Source: a virus. Taken from it: 64,000 nt of DNA. Below, piece after piece: positions 1 through 11,295 of this stretch; within the stretch, counting starts at the first letter, position 1, and every line of letters begins with the position of its first letter. Below the pieces are notes generated by a model, which was not told where the DNA came from, did not search any database, and saw only the letters and a list, made by a program, of their open reading frames with translations. The DNA is taken from IMG/VR virus record IMGVR_UViG_3300045988_123629. One strand, written 5' to 3'. A program made the translations under genes and the position numbers.

Positions 1-21
1 CTCAATTAAGAGAGCCTTTAA

Positions 22-1365
22 TTAAATATTTACTGTAGAAGTTCCACAATCAAAGATGACATAATTAGCATTGGTATTAACACCGATTTCATCTAAAGTA
101 GGCATCTTATGAACGTGGTCTTCACGAGCATATTTAGCAGAAGTACCAACTGTAGCCGTTCCAAGATTTTTAGGAGCAACACTTCCAGCGACAGGAAGAG
201 TTTGCTGATTTGGCATCGTAATAGTTAATGTTTGTTCAGTTAAACCAGTAGTATGACCATATTCATCAACTACAACTTTTGGAACTTTGATAGAACCAGA
301 AGCACCATAGCCAGAGACACTTACGTTCGCGGTTGCGCCCTTAGTTGCACCACCAGTCGGACCTTTCTTAGCGTGCTTAGCATCAAAAGTAACGCCATTG
401 GACCCAGAAGTGCCAGTTAAAACTACTACATCATCATCAGTAGCAGTAGCAGTAATAGTCTTTAAAGCGTAAGAGCTATCATCGCCAAGTTTTTCCCACT
501 TAGTGCCATCCCACACAAATTCTAAATGGTTATAAAGAACTACATCGCCTTTTTGAGCATTAGCAAAAGTATAACCAGTGATTTTTGGATCAACTTTAGA
601 GTCTTCGGTAATAGCAACAGTAGCAGCGCCAATAAAATGCATCGCAGAACTAAGACCAAGGTCTCCTGCGGTAATATTAAAGGTTTTTGCAGAAGAACCA
701 TCAAATGTAGCTTTAGTAGTACCACCAACTTGAAGAGTTAAAGCATTAGCCACTTTACCAGCACTTGTAGCATTAGTTGCAGTATCGGCATGAATTGCAT
801 TAGCAACTTTACCAGCGGTAATTGTGATTGTCTTCCCAGTTGAATCAGGAGTAATAGTAATTCCATCACCAGCGACTAACTTTACAGCATCATTTGCTCC
901 AAAAGAAGTAGATCCAACGGTAATAGTTTGGTTATTGTTATTATCTGGAATAGTAATAGTAGATACTGAAACCCAATTTTCACTATTCTTTTCTTTACTT
1001 TGTAAAGTAAATTTATGTTTATCAGTACCATCTTGAACTAATTTATAAGTAGTATTAGTATCCACAGTCATAGTGGGAGTATTTCTAATCTCACTATAAT
1101 CATAAGATGGTTTTGTGGCAGTTTTAGCCCAATCATAAACGTCCGCGGCAAGACCGGAACCCCAAGGTAATTTTCCCCAAGCTGTTTTACCATCACCGAC
1201 TTTAAATAAGACAGTAGGAGCAGTTGTAGTAGTTCCAGAAGTCACAGAAGGCACATAACAAAGACCAACTTCACCAGCTAATAAAACTTTTGCTTCATTA
1301 GTAGTCCAATTGGCCAGAGTATCATACTTTAATTTAATACGAGTATTAAATGTTGTATTAGCCAT
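22..1365 (-). CDS. Tail fibre protein. It has the conserved phage tail-fibre N-terminal domain with the K(V/I)GDG..W..LP motif.
   Basis: A continuous 447-aa ORF ending in TAA. The N-terminus (NTRIKLKYDTLANWT...LLAGEVG...FKVGDGKTAWGKLPW) matches the conserved N-terminal module of phage tail fibres and hyaluronidase-type fibres. The same module recurs at 4800-5306 and 6705-6938. Confidence 0.6.
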   Translation of the reverse strand: MANTTFNTRIKLKYDTLANWTTNEAKVLLAGEVGLCYVPSVTSGTTTTAPTVLFKVGDGKTAWGKLPWGSGLAADVYDWAKTATKPSYDYSEIRNTPTMTVDTNTTYKLVQDGTDKHKFTLQSKEKNSENWVSVSTITIPDNNNNQTITVGSTSFGANDAVKLVAGDGITITPDSTGKTITITAGKVANAIHADTATNATSAGKVANALTLQVGGTTKATFDGSSAKTFNITAGDLGLSSAMHFIGAATVAITEDSKVDPKITGYTFANAQKGDVVLYNHLEFVWDGTKWEKLGDDSSYALKTITATATDDDVVVLTGTSGSNGVTFDAKHAKKGPTGGATKGATANVSVSGYGASGSIKVPKVVVDEYGHTTGLTEQTLTITMPNQQTLPVAGSVAPKNLGTATVGTSAKYAREDHVHKMPTLDEIGVNTNANYVIFDCGTSTVNI

Positions 1366-1449
1366 TTTTAAGAACCTCCATATTTAAAAATATCTATATA
1401 TAAAATAAAGAGGGGAAACAAATCCCCTCTTTATTTATCATTTATTTAA

Positions 1450-4035
1450 TTAAGCCTTTCCACCGTTAAGGATAAGTTCATCACCAGCAGTTTGAACTAA
1501 TTTATTAACATTTATATTATTAACAGTAGCTACACCAGTGTCAGAAACACTAATAGCATTTTCAGCATCAGAGCTGACAATTAAACCTGCGCGAGCTGCG
1601 GTAGCAAGAGGAATATTAACAGTCTTTTCGCTAATTGCGATTTCAGTACCATTAACTTGAATCTTTTCAATTACATTAGGCTGTGCAGCATCCCACTGGG
1701 CGATTTTCTCAGAAGTAATTCCTGCATAATCAGCTTTCTTTAATTCAGCGATTGCATCAGCATTAGCTTTTTCAGCAGTTTCAGCGCGAGTGGTCTCAGC
1801 AGCGATTGCATCAGCATTAGCTTTTTCAGCTGCTTTAGCACGAGTAGCTTCATCACTAATAGCAGTGGCATTGGTACCTTCAGCAGTTTTAGCACGAGTA
1901 GCTTCATCTTCGACTGCTTTCTTATTAGCCGCGATATCTTTAACCATTTGGTCTGCAGCAGAACCATGTGTGGTGATATAAGTTTGAATTTCCTTTAAAG
2001 TATCAACTGCGGCGTCGCCGACTTCTGCGGCTGCAAGGAAGGCATCAACACGAGATTTAACACCAGCAATAGCAGTAGCATTTGCTTGTTCTTTACCTTC
2101 TGCACGTGTTTGTTCAGCAGCAACGGCATCTTTAACAGTCTTAGCTACAGAGCCTTCAACAGTATCAATACCATTTAATTTAGCAATAGCATCTGTATTG
2201 GTCTTAATACTTGCTTTAACAACACTATCATCATAAGTAGCAGCCTTTTGAGCATCAGCAATCATCTGAACGATTGTCTTGTCTGCTGGAATGGTGCCAA
2301 CCTTATCACTTAATGTATTAACAGCAGTCTGAGCATCAGTGCCAGCCTTCTTTGCATCAGCAACAGCAGTATCAACCTCAGTCTTAACAGCATAGCCCTT
2401 AGCTTCGACTTGAGCCATAGTAGTCTTGGAAGTAGCAAGTTCATAAGCTTCTTTTACAGTACCAGTATGCCCTTCGCCAAGGATAGCGGTCTTAGCAGTA
2501 GCAACTTTAGTATCAGCATTAGTGCCAGCAGTTGTAATAGCTTCAGACTTAGCTGTAGCAATTGCACCACTTACACTATTAACATCAACTTTACCTTCAA
2601 GAGCAGCGACTTTCTTACCAATAGCAGAAGTATCACCAACTAAGCTGTCAGCATAAGCTTTAGCTGTTTTACCAACTTCATCCGCATAAATCTTTGCACC
2701 ATGGATAGTTTCACTATCTTTAGTGTCAACATCAGTCTGGCCATCTTCACCGCCAAGAGTATGACGTAAATTATCAACTGCGGTATTAACCGTGCTTACT
2801 GTAGCAGCTTTATTAGTACCAGCATTATATTCGCCATCAAAAGTTAAATTATTTTGTTTGCCATCAAGAGCATCCTGAAGACCATCAATTTTAGAAATAC
2901 CAAGAGTAGGAATATCGGAAACAGCAAGATTTTCGCCTTTAGTTACAAGACCTTTGGCATCATAAGTAATCTTTGTGGCAGTACCAGCAGTAATATCTTT
3001 GTTAGCAACAACAGCAGCATTAGCCGTCTTTTTCACAGCAGCAATAGCAGTTGTATTATCACTATCAGCCTTTTCAAGGGCTTTCATCTTAGTATCGTAA
3101 GCAGATTGATCAACAAAATTACCAGCATCTTGCTTTGCGTTCCACTTTTCAATATCTTCAGCAGTAATACCAGCGGCAGGAAGTTTTTCAACTACACTAA
3201 CACGTCCGGCAAGAGTAGTTAAATCAGCAGCCTTAGCATAATCCTCAATCTTAAGAGCCTTAATGGCGCCATCAATATAAGCCTTTACTTCAGGAGATTG
3301 ACCTTCAGCAGTGCCAAATCCTTTAAGAATAGCTTTTAATTTATTAATATCACCAGTTAAACCATTAACAATATCGGGATGGCTCGCGACCCAATCAACT
3401 AATTCTTTAAAGGTGTCAATAGTACCATTTTCAGTAGCTTTGGTAGCAAAATCGTTAATAGCATCATTAACAGCTTTAGTAACTGAACCTTCACCCGTAC
3501 CATTCAAAACACCAATAGCATCTTCATTAGTTTTAATACGTTTACGAAGACCAGCAGTATCATCAGCACCAACAACAGCTTCAAGGGCATCTACATCAGT
3601 CTATGCTGCAGCAGCTTTATCATCGGCAGTCTTAGCATCGGCAACGCCTTTATCTGCTTGCTTCTGGGCAGCTTCAATTAGAGCATATAAACCAGTAGCA
3701 ACAGTTTCGTCCTGAGTAGCAGAGCCAACTTTCTCAATAAGAGAAGCAACTTGGCCCTGAAGAGTAGAAACATCAGAAGCAAGATCGCCAGAAGCAGTGG
3801 TAGAAGCAAGTTTAACAAGAGTACCAGTCGCATTGCTAATCATATAAGCTTCGCATTTATTATCAGCAACTAAAGTTAAAATCTGACCAACATAGGCGGT
3901 AGCGCCAGATTTTGCATAAGTTTCGAGTTCTGCTTTATTATACCATACCGCAGTAGTATCAACAGGAGCAGGATTACCACGTTTAATAGAAAGTGGGAAA
4001 CCCATATAAGCAGCATCATTCATAATAACAGCCAT
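1450..4035 (-). CDS. Large fibrous structural protein rich in Ala/Thr/Lys, with coiled-coil-like repeats. It is read through one in-frame TAG at 3601-3603.
   Basis: ORFs 3601-4035 and 1450-3507 are in the same frame and separated only by a TAG. There is a GGAGG RBS 9 nt upstream of the ATG at 4035. The sequence has internal repeats (ATRAKTAEGTNATAISDEATRAKAAEKANADAIA...). The stop is TAA. Confidence 0.5.
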
Positions 4036-4058
4036 ATTATATATTTACCTCCTTCAAA

Positions 4059-5306
4059 TTAGCCGATGGTGACAGCATAAGTCTCGCCAGCATCAATAGA
4101 AGCAGGCTGATAAACATATACATCATATTTAGCCGCAGTATAACCATTAGCACCTTCAACATCAACTTGAGTGCCCTGTTTTACGAATAGAGCAGTAACA
4201 TCAGCATTGAGTGCGCTAGGCATAAGAACCTTAGTAATCTTGCGACCAGCAGGAACGGCAACAATAACTTTCTTCGCGCCAGCACCAGCACCAAAAGTAG
4301 TGAGAGCGCCAGTACCACTAGCCTGTTTATGCGCAAGGGCGCGAATATTGACAGAGTTTAGAGCCATATCAGCACTGGACATGGGACCCCAGAACATATA
4401 ACGGACACCAGTTAGAGTTTTGGAATTTGCAGTAGCACTACCAGCTTTAATCTTACCTTCAGGATAAGGATTACCAAGATTAGTCTTAGGAACCGCACCC
4501 TCATTATAGGTAGCCTTGGCGGTAATCTTTTTGGAAGTGGCCTCAGCAACAACATTCTCAAAAGAACCAGTTGCAGTGGACTTACTATCAGCAACACCAG
4601 TACAATTGACTTCCCAAGTTTGAGCAGTGATACCAGTAGCAGGACCATAGGTATAATTACCAGTAGACAGAGCTGCAGCATAAGTCAAATTTTTCTTAGT
4701 GCCAATTTCAAAAGTACCAAAACCGCCTTCGGCTGTAAAGGATACAGCAGGATTAGACTTAGAAGGATTGACCTCCTGAGCCATTAAAGAAGAGAGTACC
4801 TATTCAACATTCTTACCCTTAGCAGCAAATTTAGCAGAGCCAGAGGGCTGAGCAAGTGTACCAAAACCAACTGTGTAAGTAATATCTTCATCAAAATATA
4901 CATTATCAGCACGATAATTGCCATCAAAAGCGGCCCAATTAGCACCATCATAGAAATACGCAGTACGAGAAGTTTTACCCTCAACAAACGCATTCTCAAT
5001 AACAGCCATATCTCCCTGAACAGGAGTGGCAATTGTTGCCAGCATATCGGCATCAGTCTTATCTTCAGTTAGAGTTAAGACAGAAACTTTATCACGATTG
5101 CTATTAATAATAGATTTAATAGCATTCTCATCGACACCGGAGTAATTAAGTTCATTCCAAGCTTTAGTACCATCACCAATCTTAATTTTACCAGTGTCAA
5201 CTTCAATACCCATTTCACCTTTTAACAGCACAGGGTTTTTTTCAACCCAAGTGGCTGCTTCATCATTGCGGAGTTGAATACGGGTTTTTAAAGTATTTCC
5301 AGCCAT
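4059..5306 (-). CDS. Tail fibre-like protein. The conserved N-terminal fibre domain (4800-5306) is probably fused to the 4059-4784 segment by read-through of the in-frame TAG at 4800-4802.
   Basis: The N-terminus (MAGNTLKTRIQLRNDEAATW...GEMGIEVDTGKIKIGDGTKAWNELNY) carries the fibre motif. TAG at 4800 lies in frame with the ATG at 4782-4784, and there is no convincing RBS before that ATG. The final stop is TAA at 4059. Confidence 0.4.
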
Positions 5307-5452
5307 ATTAAAATTTCCTCCTTAATAAAAAAAAATTAAGCATTTCCGCCATCTATTAATGAATACTAAGAAGTTTTACCAATTTCAGTAATACTATTAT
5401 CTTCATTAACCAAATAGGGAGTCCATTGTTTATTCTAAAAAATTGAAATTAC

Positions 5453-5674
5453 TTCACCCTTATAATCATATTTTGCGATCCAAGTGCGAGCTTCAATTAT
5501 AGAATCAAAAGAAGTCTTTTTGGTAATATATTTTAAATTACCTTCATCATCATAATAATAAGCCTCTGACTAATTTTCATCAGTTGTTAAAATTAGACTT
5601 TCTTTTGGAATAATACCTTGTTTGATGCTGGATTTAATTTTATTTTTATCTGCATAGACAACATTAAACGCCAT
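5453..5674 (-). CDS. Small hypothetical protein (about 73 aa) with one in-frame TAG.
   Basis: AGGAGGG RBS upstream of the ATG at 5672-5674. A codon-by-codon walk gives MAFNVVYADKNKIKSSIKQGIIPKESLILTTDEN(TAG)SEAYYYDDEGNLKYITKK.... It ends at TGA 5453-5455. Confidence 0.35.
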
Positions 5675-5675
5675 A

Positions 5676-6938
5676 TTATCCCTCCTTTATTATATTATAA
5701 TAATTATTTACTAATTTTTGTTTATATCCAGAAGCAATAAATTCTTCGGGAAGAGGTTTATTAAATTTTCCACCTTTAATAATAATTTCGGCATTATTTA
5801 TACTAGAAAGGATTTTATCACAAGTAGTTTCAAAAATTCCTCCATTAATAATTAAAATACCAGCATTAATATCATCATTATTCTTTTTACATTGGATAAC
5901 TTCATAACCATCATCAGTATAGAAATAACCATCATTTATAGTTAAACTTTTACCAACGTTATAAAGCATACCATAAAAATTACCACCATTAATTTCACAA
6001 ATACCAGCATCATCATTTTTAATAGTAGTATAAGCATTAATAAAAGTACCACCATTAATAATTAATTTAGGATATTCCGCGGACTCGCCTAAATGGTATT
6101 GAGAAAGATAATCGTAATATCCATTCTCAATCATACTAGATAACCCGCCCGGAGAGGAGAATATTCCATCATAAATAGACATTTCACCATGATTTACTAT
6201 TACATAATATCCATTACCTTTTTCATCAATAGAACGTTTATACTCACCATTTATAATAGTTGTATTTCCATTATTCTCAATAGATGCTTTACCATGTTTA
6301 TTACATTCAACGCATCCTTCTCCCGAAATAATTAAAGAAGCGTTATTATTAATTTTAACTGGATTGTCTTCATTATTTAAGATACTAATATTATTTAAAT
6401 CAATATTAATATTTTTTCCTTTTGGAATATCAATATTTTTAACTGTTTTCTACAAAATTATAGTATCATTATTAGAAGCATTTTGAATTGCTTCTTCAAT
6501 AGTAGAATATTTTGTTCCATTAATTTCTACTTCATCAGCAGGTAGTCCTTGGTCTTCACCTTTAATTTTTATAACTTCAACAGTTCCTTGAGAAGATTTA
6601 CCTTGTAATAATCTCCATTTTTCACCATCATAAATATAAAAATCTTCACCAACTAAGCACATTGTACCTTCTTTAGTATTTGGATCTTCAGGTAAAGATT
6701 CTTTCTATCCAATAAAATAAGCGACATCACTAAAATATTTATTTATTTCATTCTTTATCTCATTCTCTGCAAGATAAGGAAGATTATTCCATGTGCGAAT
6801 ACCATCGCCAATTTTTAATCTGCCAGTATCTATTTCAAAACCAGGTTCACCAGGTCCTAAGAGAACATTTTTCTCAGTCCAAGAAGCTGCTTTTCCGCGC
6901 TTAAAATAGAACTTTGATTTCATATAAACATCAGCCAA
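5676..6938 (-). CDS. Tail fibre protein with the conserved N-terminal fibre domain. It contains two in-frame TAG codons (6450-6452 and 6705-6707).
   Basis: ORFs 6705-6938, 6450-6662 and 5676-6182 are in one frame. I checked the stretch 6183-6449 triplet by triplet and found no TAA or TGA. The N-terminus (KNVLLGPGEPGFEIDTGRLKIGDGIRTWNNLPYL) carries the fibre motif. The start is TTG after a GGAGG RBS. The stop is TAA at 5676. Confidence 0.55.
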
Positions 6939-6952
6939 TTAAACGCACCTCC

Positions 6953-7225
6953 TTAATCAATACTACCGCCATCCCAAATGTATGTATTATCAGGATCAGA
7001 AGGTTCGGTGCTTCCACCGCCGCCACTGTTATTACTATTGGATTTCTATTCAACCCAAGTATTATTATCTTGATAAATATATAATTTTGATGATTTAGGA
7101 ATAAAAGCAGTACTGCCAGGGAGCAACGAAATTGTTGGAATTTTTTCAATATCTTCAACAGAATCAACTATGAATTTTTTTAATCCATAATTAACTTTAC
7201 CATTTTGATGTGTTAAAGTATACAT
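6953..7225 (-). CDS. Small hypothetical protein with one in-frame TAG.
   Basis: AGGAGGC RBS followed by an ATG at 7223-7225. A TAA stop follows at 6953-6955. There is one in-frame TAG between them. Confidence 0.35.
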
Positions 7226-7329
7226 CTTATTGCCTCCTCTTTTATTACATCATTCTAAATAATATAAAAAAATATTCTTTATGAATATAAAAAATTGGCC
7301 TACTGAAAATCTCAGTAGGCCAATTAATT

Positions 7330-8823
7330 TTAATAATTGTTGTATGCGGTTAATAAAGTATCTAACTATGTTTTAAAACTAGCATCACCTGATGCTACTT
7401 TAATATTATTTCCTAAAGCAGTTGTTATAGCGTTAAACCAAACTACTAAACGTAGGGGATTAGTATCATTTATAGTAGTAATTGAACTGTTTAAATAAGT
7501 ATTTATATATCCTGCGAAAGTATTTGCTTCACTTCTGGAATAATCTTTCCAAGTAAACGCGGGCCACCAAACCGCGTAGTAAGTTATATTAGATGTACCA
7601 GTAGAAATTGAAGGTGTTGCTCCTTTTTTATAAGTTGCAGTTTTTGCCGAAGACGATGTAGACCATCCTTTAAAAATATAATTATTGCGAGTGGGATAAT
7701 TAGATCCATTTATATTGAAAGAAGAATTAGTGTTAACCGTCTATGATCCTGGACCGCCAGAACCGCCATTTGCATTATAAGTTACAGTAATTGTATTTCT
7801 ACGCCAAATGGCATAAAGAGTTTTATACACAGGACTTGTTGATGATACCTATAATTGCGTGCCAATATCAGCTGAAGAAGAACTAGTTCCCCAACCTAAG
7901 AAAGTATAATTTGCTTTTGTTGGAGTGTCTAAAGTAATAGTTCGACTAGAATTAACACTTGAATAGCTTACTTGCTATCCTTCACTATAACTACCAGATC
8001 CTCCGTTATAATGATAGGTTATATAAGTATAGTAATAAATACGCTACCACATAGCATATAATGTATAAGTTGAACCATTATATGCTTGCACAGGACTACT
8101 TACATAAGCTGATGAATTATCTGTTGTCCATCCTAAAAAATTATACCCAGAGAGTGAAGGTGTATCTAAATATATGTCCCAAGGCTGAGTTGTGCTTGAA
8201 AAAGTATATTGCTATCCATTATTATAACTACCAGATCCTCCATTATAATAATATGTTATATAAGCATAGGATAAATTTTGTCTATAAAAGAATATAACAT
8301 AACTACAATCTCCTACTATATAAGTGGAATCTTGACTCCATGTAGTACCATTACTAATATAATAATTTAAACATTCCTATTCTGAATTACCAGGACAATA
8401 TCCTAAATAAGTATAACTACTACCATAAGAAGGAGCAGTCATACCAAAGCTACCTTGCATCCAACCATTTATATAACTTCCAGTTGTGACATCATAGCAA
8501 GCATACAATGGATCGATGGAGCCTGATCCCCCACCTCCTCCACCACCGCCACTTGATCCTGGGGTAGTAAGAGTGCCATCCCAAATTCCTCCTGTATTCC
8601 ATTGGCCTCCAGTATAATACTATAACCAAACAGTATAATCATAAGTAGTTCCTGGGCTCAGCCCAAGGACATGTACCCAAGGTGTACCAGTAGTTGCATC
8701 ACCCCATACAGTATTTCCATTTATAGTTACTGCCATTTGTCTTTGAACATTATCAGAACTAAGATCCGTTGCTTCAAAAATAGCCCCAGTTTCACTAAGA
8801 CTGGATATGGTATAGCTAGCCAT
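7330..8823 (-). CDS. Repeat-containing structural or adhesin-like protein with a Gly/Ser-rich region and three Listeria-Bacteroides-type (flg_new-like) repeats. It has at least 7 in-frame TAG codons.
   Basis: The RBS is AAGGGGG before the ATG at 8821-8823. I translated 8823 down to about 7680 codon by codon and the frame stays open except for TAG at about 7 positions. It has a G(8) stretch and repeats of YxYNGGSGSY..G(TAG)Q...L.TP....Y.F.GW. The first TAA is at 7330-7332. A TAG at 7366 could alternatively be the real end. Confidence 0.55.
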
Positions 8824-9340
8824 TTAATTTCCCCCTTTTATCTTAAAAATTTCTAAAACCATTTTTAAATCGCGGTTTCGGTCCTTGCGTTTGATGCCGG
8901 TCGGACCACATTAACCGCCCTTATTTAAGCAAACAAAAATGCTCTTAAATTTTGTTATCATGTTCTTTTACTCCGCAAACGCTAACCCGTAGGTTGCCTT
9001 ACGCTTCCTTCCACCATCAAAGAACAATCAAACTCCATTTAAGAGCATTTTCTCGGTTTGTTTTCAGTATTCAATTTGGTTAGATTTAAATAGGAAATCT
9101 TACTTATTCCGCACCGATCAGCATTAAAATTAACAATAGTGCCAAATCACCTTTAATATAAATATTCCTTACCTATTCTTAATCACTCTTTCGTTGTGGT
9201 TAACGTCTTTTCTTCAGCCTGTTAGGAAAAGAAACCTATCGTTTTAAATAAACAACGCCGTCGCCATCTACGACCTTGCCACTTACTCAGGTACGATAAG
9301 CAGTTTTTGCGATTACTATAAAGTATACTGCCAAATACTT

Positions 9341-9430
9341 TGGTCGGAGATGAGGGAATCGAACCCACTCGAGCGACTGAGCGCACCGGTTTTACAGACC
9401 GGGGTGTCTACCTTATCACGTTAATCTCCG
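9341..9430 (-). tRNA. tRNA-Tyr (anticodon GTA), class II with a long variable arm.
   Basis: Manual fold. Acceptor CGGAGAU/AUCUCCG. Anticodon arm CCGGU-CUGUAAA-ACCGG. T-loop GGTTCGATTCC. CCA is encoded. Confidence 0.7.
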
Positions 9431-9770
9431 AAATATATTTCTTATAATCTTTAATAAATCGCAAATAATCTTCTCGATTATAAGGAATATCATTATATTT
9501 ATTAAAATCATGTGCAAAAGCGCAATAAATTAAAAAATCTAAATGCTTAGATTTTAATTGAACATGCCATTCATAAGAACCATCAAGTCTAGCTCCATAA
9601 GCGCGATGAAATAAAGTATATTCTCCAAACCGCGCTTTATCTGCAAGCACAATTTTAAAATCATCTCGATTATTATGAATATTTAAAACATCATAACCAA
9701 GACCATTTTTAGTAAACTTATGAGAACCACCAAAGGTTTCTTCACAATAATTTAAATAAATATCAAACAT
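9408..9770 (-). CDS. Hypothetical protein (120 aa).
   Basis: ORF from the six-frame track. Its 3' end overlaps the 5' end of tRNA-Tyr by about 20 nt. No recognisable motif. Confidence 0.3.
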   Translation of the reverse strand: MFDIYLNYCEETFGGSHKFTKNGLGYDVLNIHNNRDDFKIVLADKARFGEYTLFHRAYGARLDGSYEWHVQLKSKHLDFLIYCAFAHDFNKYNDIPYNREDYLRFIKDYKKYISEINVIR

Positions 9771-10004
9771 TTTTTATTTGAGGGTTTTAATTAGGTTAAC
9801 CCACAACCTCCGATAGTGTGTCTACTGGACCAAGGAAATACCCGATCGCCGCATTTCGCTCTTTAAAAGATGGACGCTTCTAATCCTACTTCCTATCGTA
9901 TAAAAGGACTTATCAATGACTTTTATACATATTGCCTTTATTACCTTTATAAACAAATTAGCATTACCCAGTGCTACCGCGAGGAGGTTTTGTTTTTAGC
10001 ACCG

Positions 10005-10093
10005 CAGCCCCGCTGGGATTCGAACCCAGAACGACTCCTTCAAAGGGAAAACGGTTTTAGAGACCGCCGTGTTAACCATTACACTACGGGGCA
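10005..10093 (-). tRNA. Putative amber-suppressor tRNA (anticodon CTA, reads UAG). It has a long, class II-like variable arm of about 21 nt and discriminator G73.
   Basis: Manual fold of UGCCCCG-UA-GUGU-AAUGGUUA-ACAC-G-GCGGU-CUCUAAA-ACCGU-(21-nt arm)-CUGGG-UUCGAAU-CCCAG-CGGGGCU-G. The anticodon loop is CUCUAAA, giving anticodon CUA. Pair 1:72 is U.U. CCA is not encoded. Confidence 0.65.
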
Positions 10094-10102
10094 ATAAACT
10101 CC

Positions 10103-10222
10103 TTAATTCAACTTACGGAGTTTTCGCTTCATCTTATTAATGAGACGCTGATTCATAACTTCACCATGGGAATACAATTTCGCAATGCGATTTTCATAAT
10201 GCTCTTTAGTGCGACAAATCAT
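10103..10222 (-). CDS. Small basic hypothetical protein (39 aa).
   Basis: AAGGAG RBS followed by an ATG. Sequence MICRTKEHYENRIAKLYSHGEVMNQRLINKMKRKLRKLN, then TAA. It is too short to appear in the ORF track. Confidence 0.35.
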   Translation of the reverse strand: MICRTKEHYENRIAKLYSHGEVMNQRLINKMKRKLRKLN

Positions 10223-10357
10223 AATTTTTCTCCTTAAATTGAATTTATGGTTCGGAGAGGATTATCTGCGTCATCTAGACCCAATTTTTTCATTCATTAT
10301 ATATTCTTTCAGAGTAGCAAATTCATAATCAAATATATAACTTAGCAGAACTCCGAT

Positions 10358-10555
10358 GGCACGGCCGGCTGGACTCGAACCAGCAGATGCAGGAGTCAGG
10401 GCTCAAAAGTTGGACTTGCACCAACATTCTCGGTTTTATAGGACCGGAAGCCTACTAACAGAACTTATATAATACTACTTAACCCCGTCATATTATATAA
10501 CCCATTTAACTGATTTTGAGAAAGTCCTGTGCCTTACCAATTTGGCGACGACCGT
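10358..10555 (-). tRNA. tRNA-Gln (anticodon TTG) gene interrupted by an insertion of about 125 nt in the anticodon loop. Either an intron-containing tRNA or a disrupted pseudogene.
   Basis: The 5' part (ACGGUCG-UC-GCCAAAUUGGUAAGGC-A-CAGGA-CUUU) and the 3' part (UGAC-UCCUG-CAUCU-GCUGG-UUCGAGU-CCAGC-CGGCCGU-G-CCA) together match the bacterial tRNA-Gln architecture. The acceptor halves are complementary. An insert of about 125 nt lies between anticodon-loop positions about 35 and 36. Confidence 0.5.
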
Positions 10556-10810
10556 ATAAAACAAGACACCAAAGAATTTCAATCAATTTATTTCATCTAT
10601 TTGTCGATTAATTCTCTCTTACCCCAAACAGACTACACCTTCGACAGGTAATCAAAAGTTATTGGTAAAACAATATCTCTGTTATCTTCTATTATAGAAA
10701 AGAAAATTCGCAGTTTGTGGTGTCTTTGATATATTTAAAACACGAACGCTGTGCTCAACCATTACACTAATTACAGCTGATTATTGGAATCGAACCAATC
10801 CTGCGTTCGG

Positions 10811-10886
10811 TGGTACGGGATGAGGGACTCGAACCCACGGCCTCCTGAATGTAAGTCAGATGCGCTACCAGCTGCGCTAATCCCGT
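10811..10886 (-). tRNA. tRNA-Val (anticodon TAC).
   Basis: Acceptor ACGGGAU/AUCCCGU. Anticodon arm UCUGA-CUUACAU-UCAGG. T-loop GGTTCGAGTCC. Discriminator A73 and an encoded CCA. A T-arm-only tRNA fragment lies immediately 3' at about 10775-10805. Confidence 0.7.
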
Positions 10887-11295
10887 ATAAGCAACTCAAT
10901 TAATAAAAGTTGCTACAAAATCCTTTTCAAACATATACATAGGAGCAGAAGCAAGACCGCCATCATCAATCTTACAATACAAAATAATATCTTCCGCATT
11001 GGGATTAGAAGCGCGGGCAATTGCTTTTACAAGCTCCTTATTATCAATGGAATTATAATAGCAACCAAAATCAACAGAAGTCTTTTTCATTTTTTATCAA
11101 TTCCTTTCTTAACTTTCTATATATATTATATTATATTTTTTATAAAAAATCAAAAAAGTTATTTCAAACTAGACACGTTAGAAAACATAATTTCAAGTTA
11201 TGTGCGTTAACCAATTTCGCCAAAACCCCAGTTGGAGTTTACAGGATTTGAACCCGTATACCTTTCTAATGAAAGAATTGCTGTATGTGTCTAAA

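Noticed and set aside
8830-9335. tmRNA or RNase P RNA in the long gap after tRNA-Tyr.
   Set aside because: I found no tRNA-like T-arm or acceptor pairing with CCA at the gap ends, no tag-peptide reading frame ending in ...ALAA-TAA, and no RNase P conserved GNAANNUC or ACAGNRA motifs. The gap stays an unexplained non-coding region.
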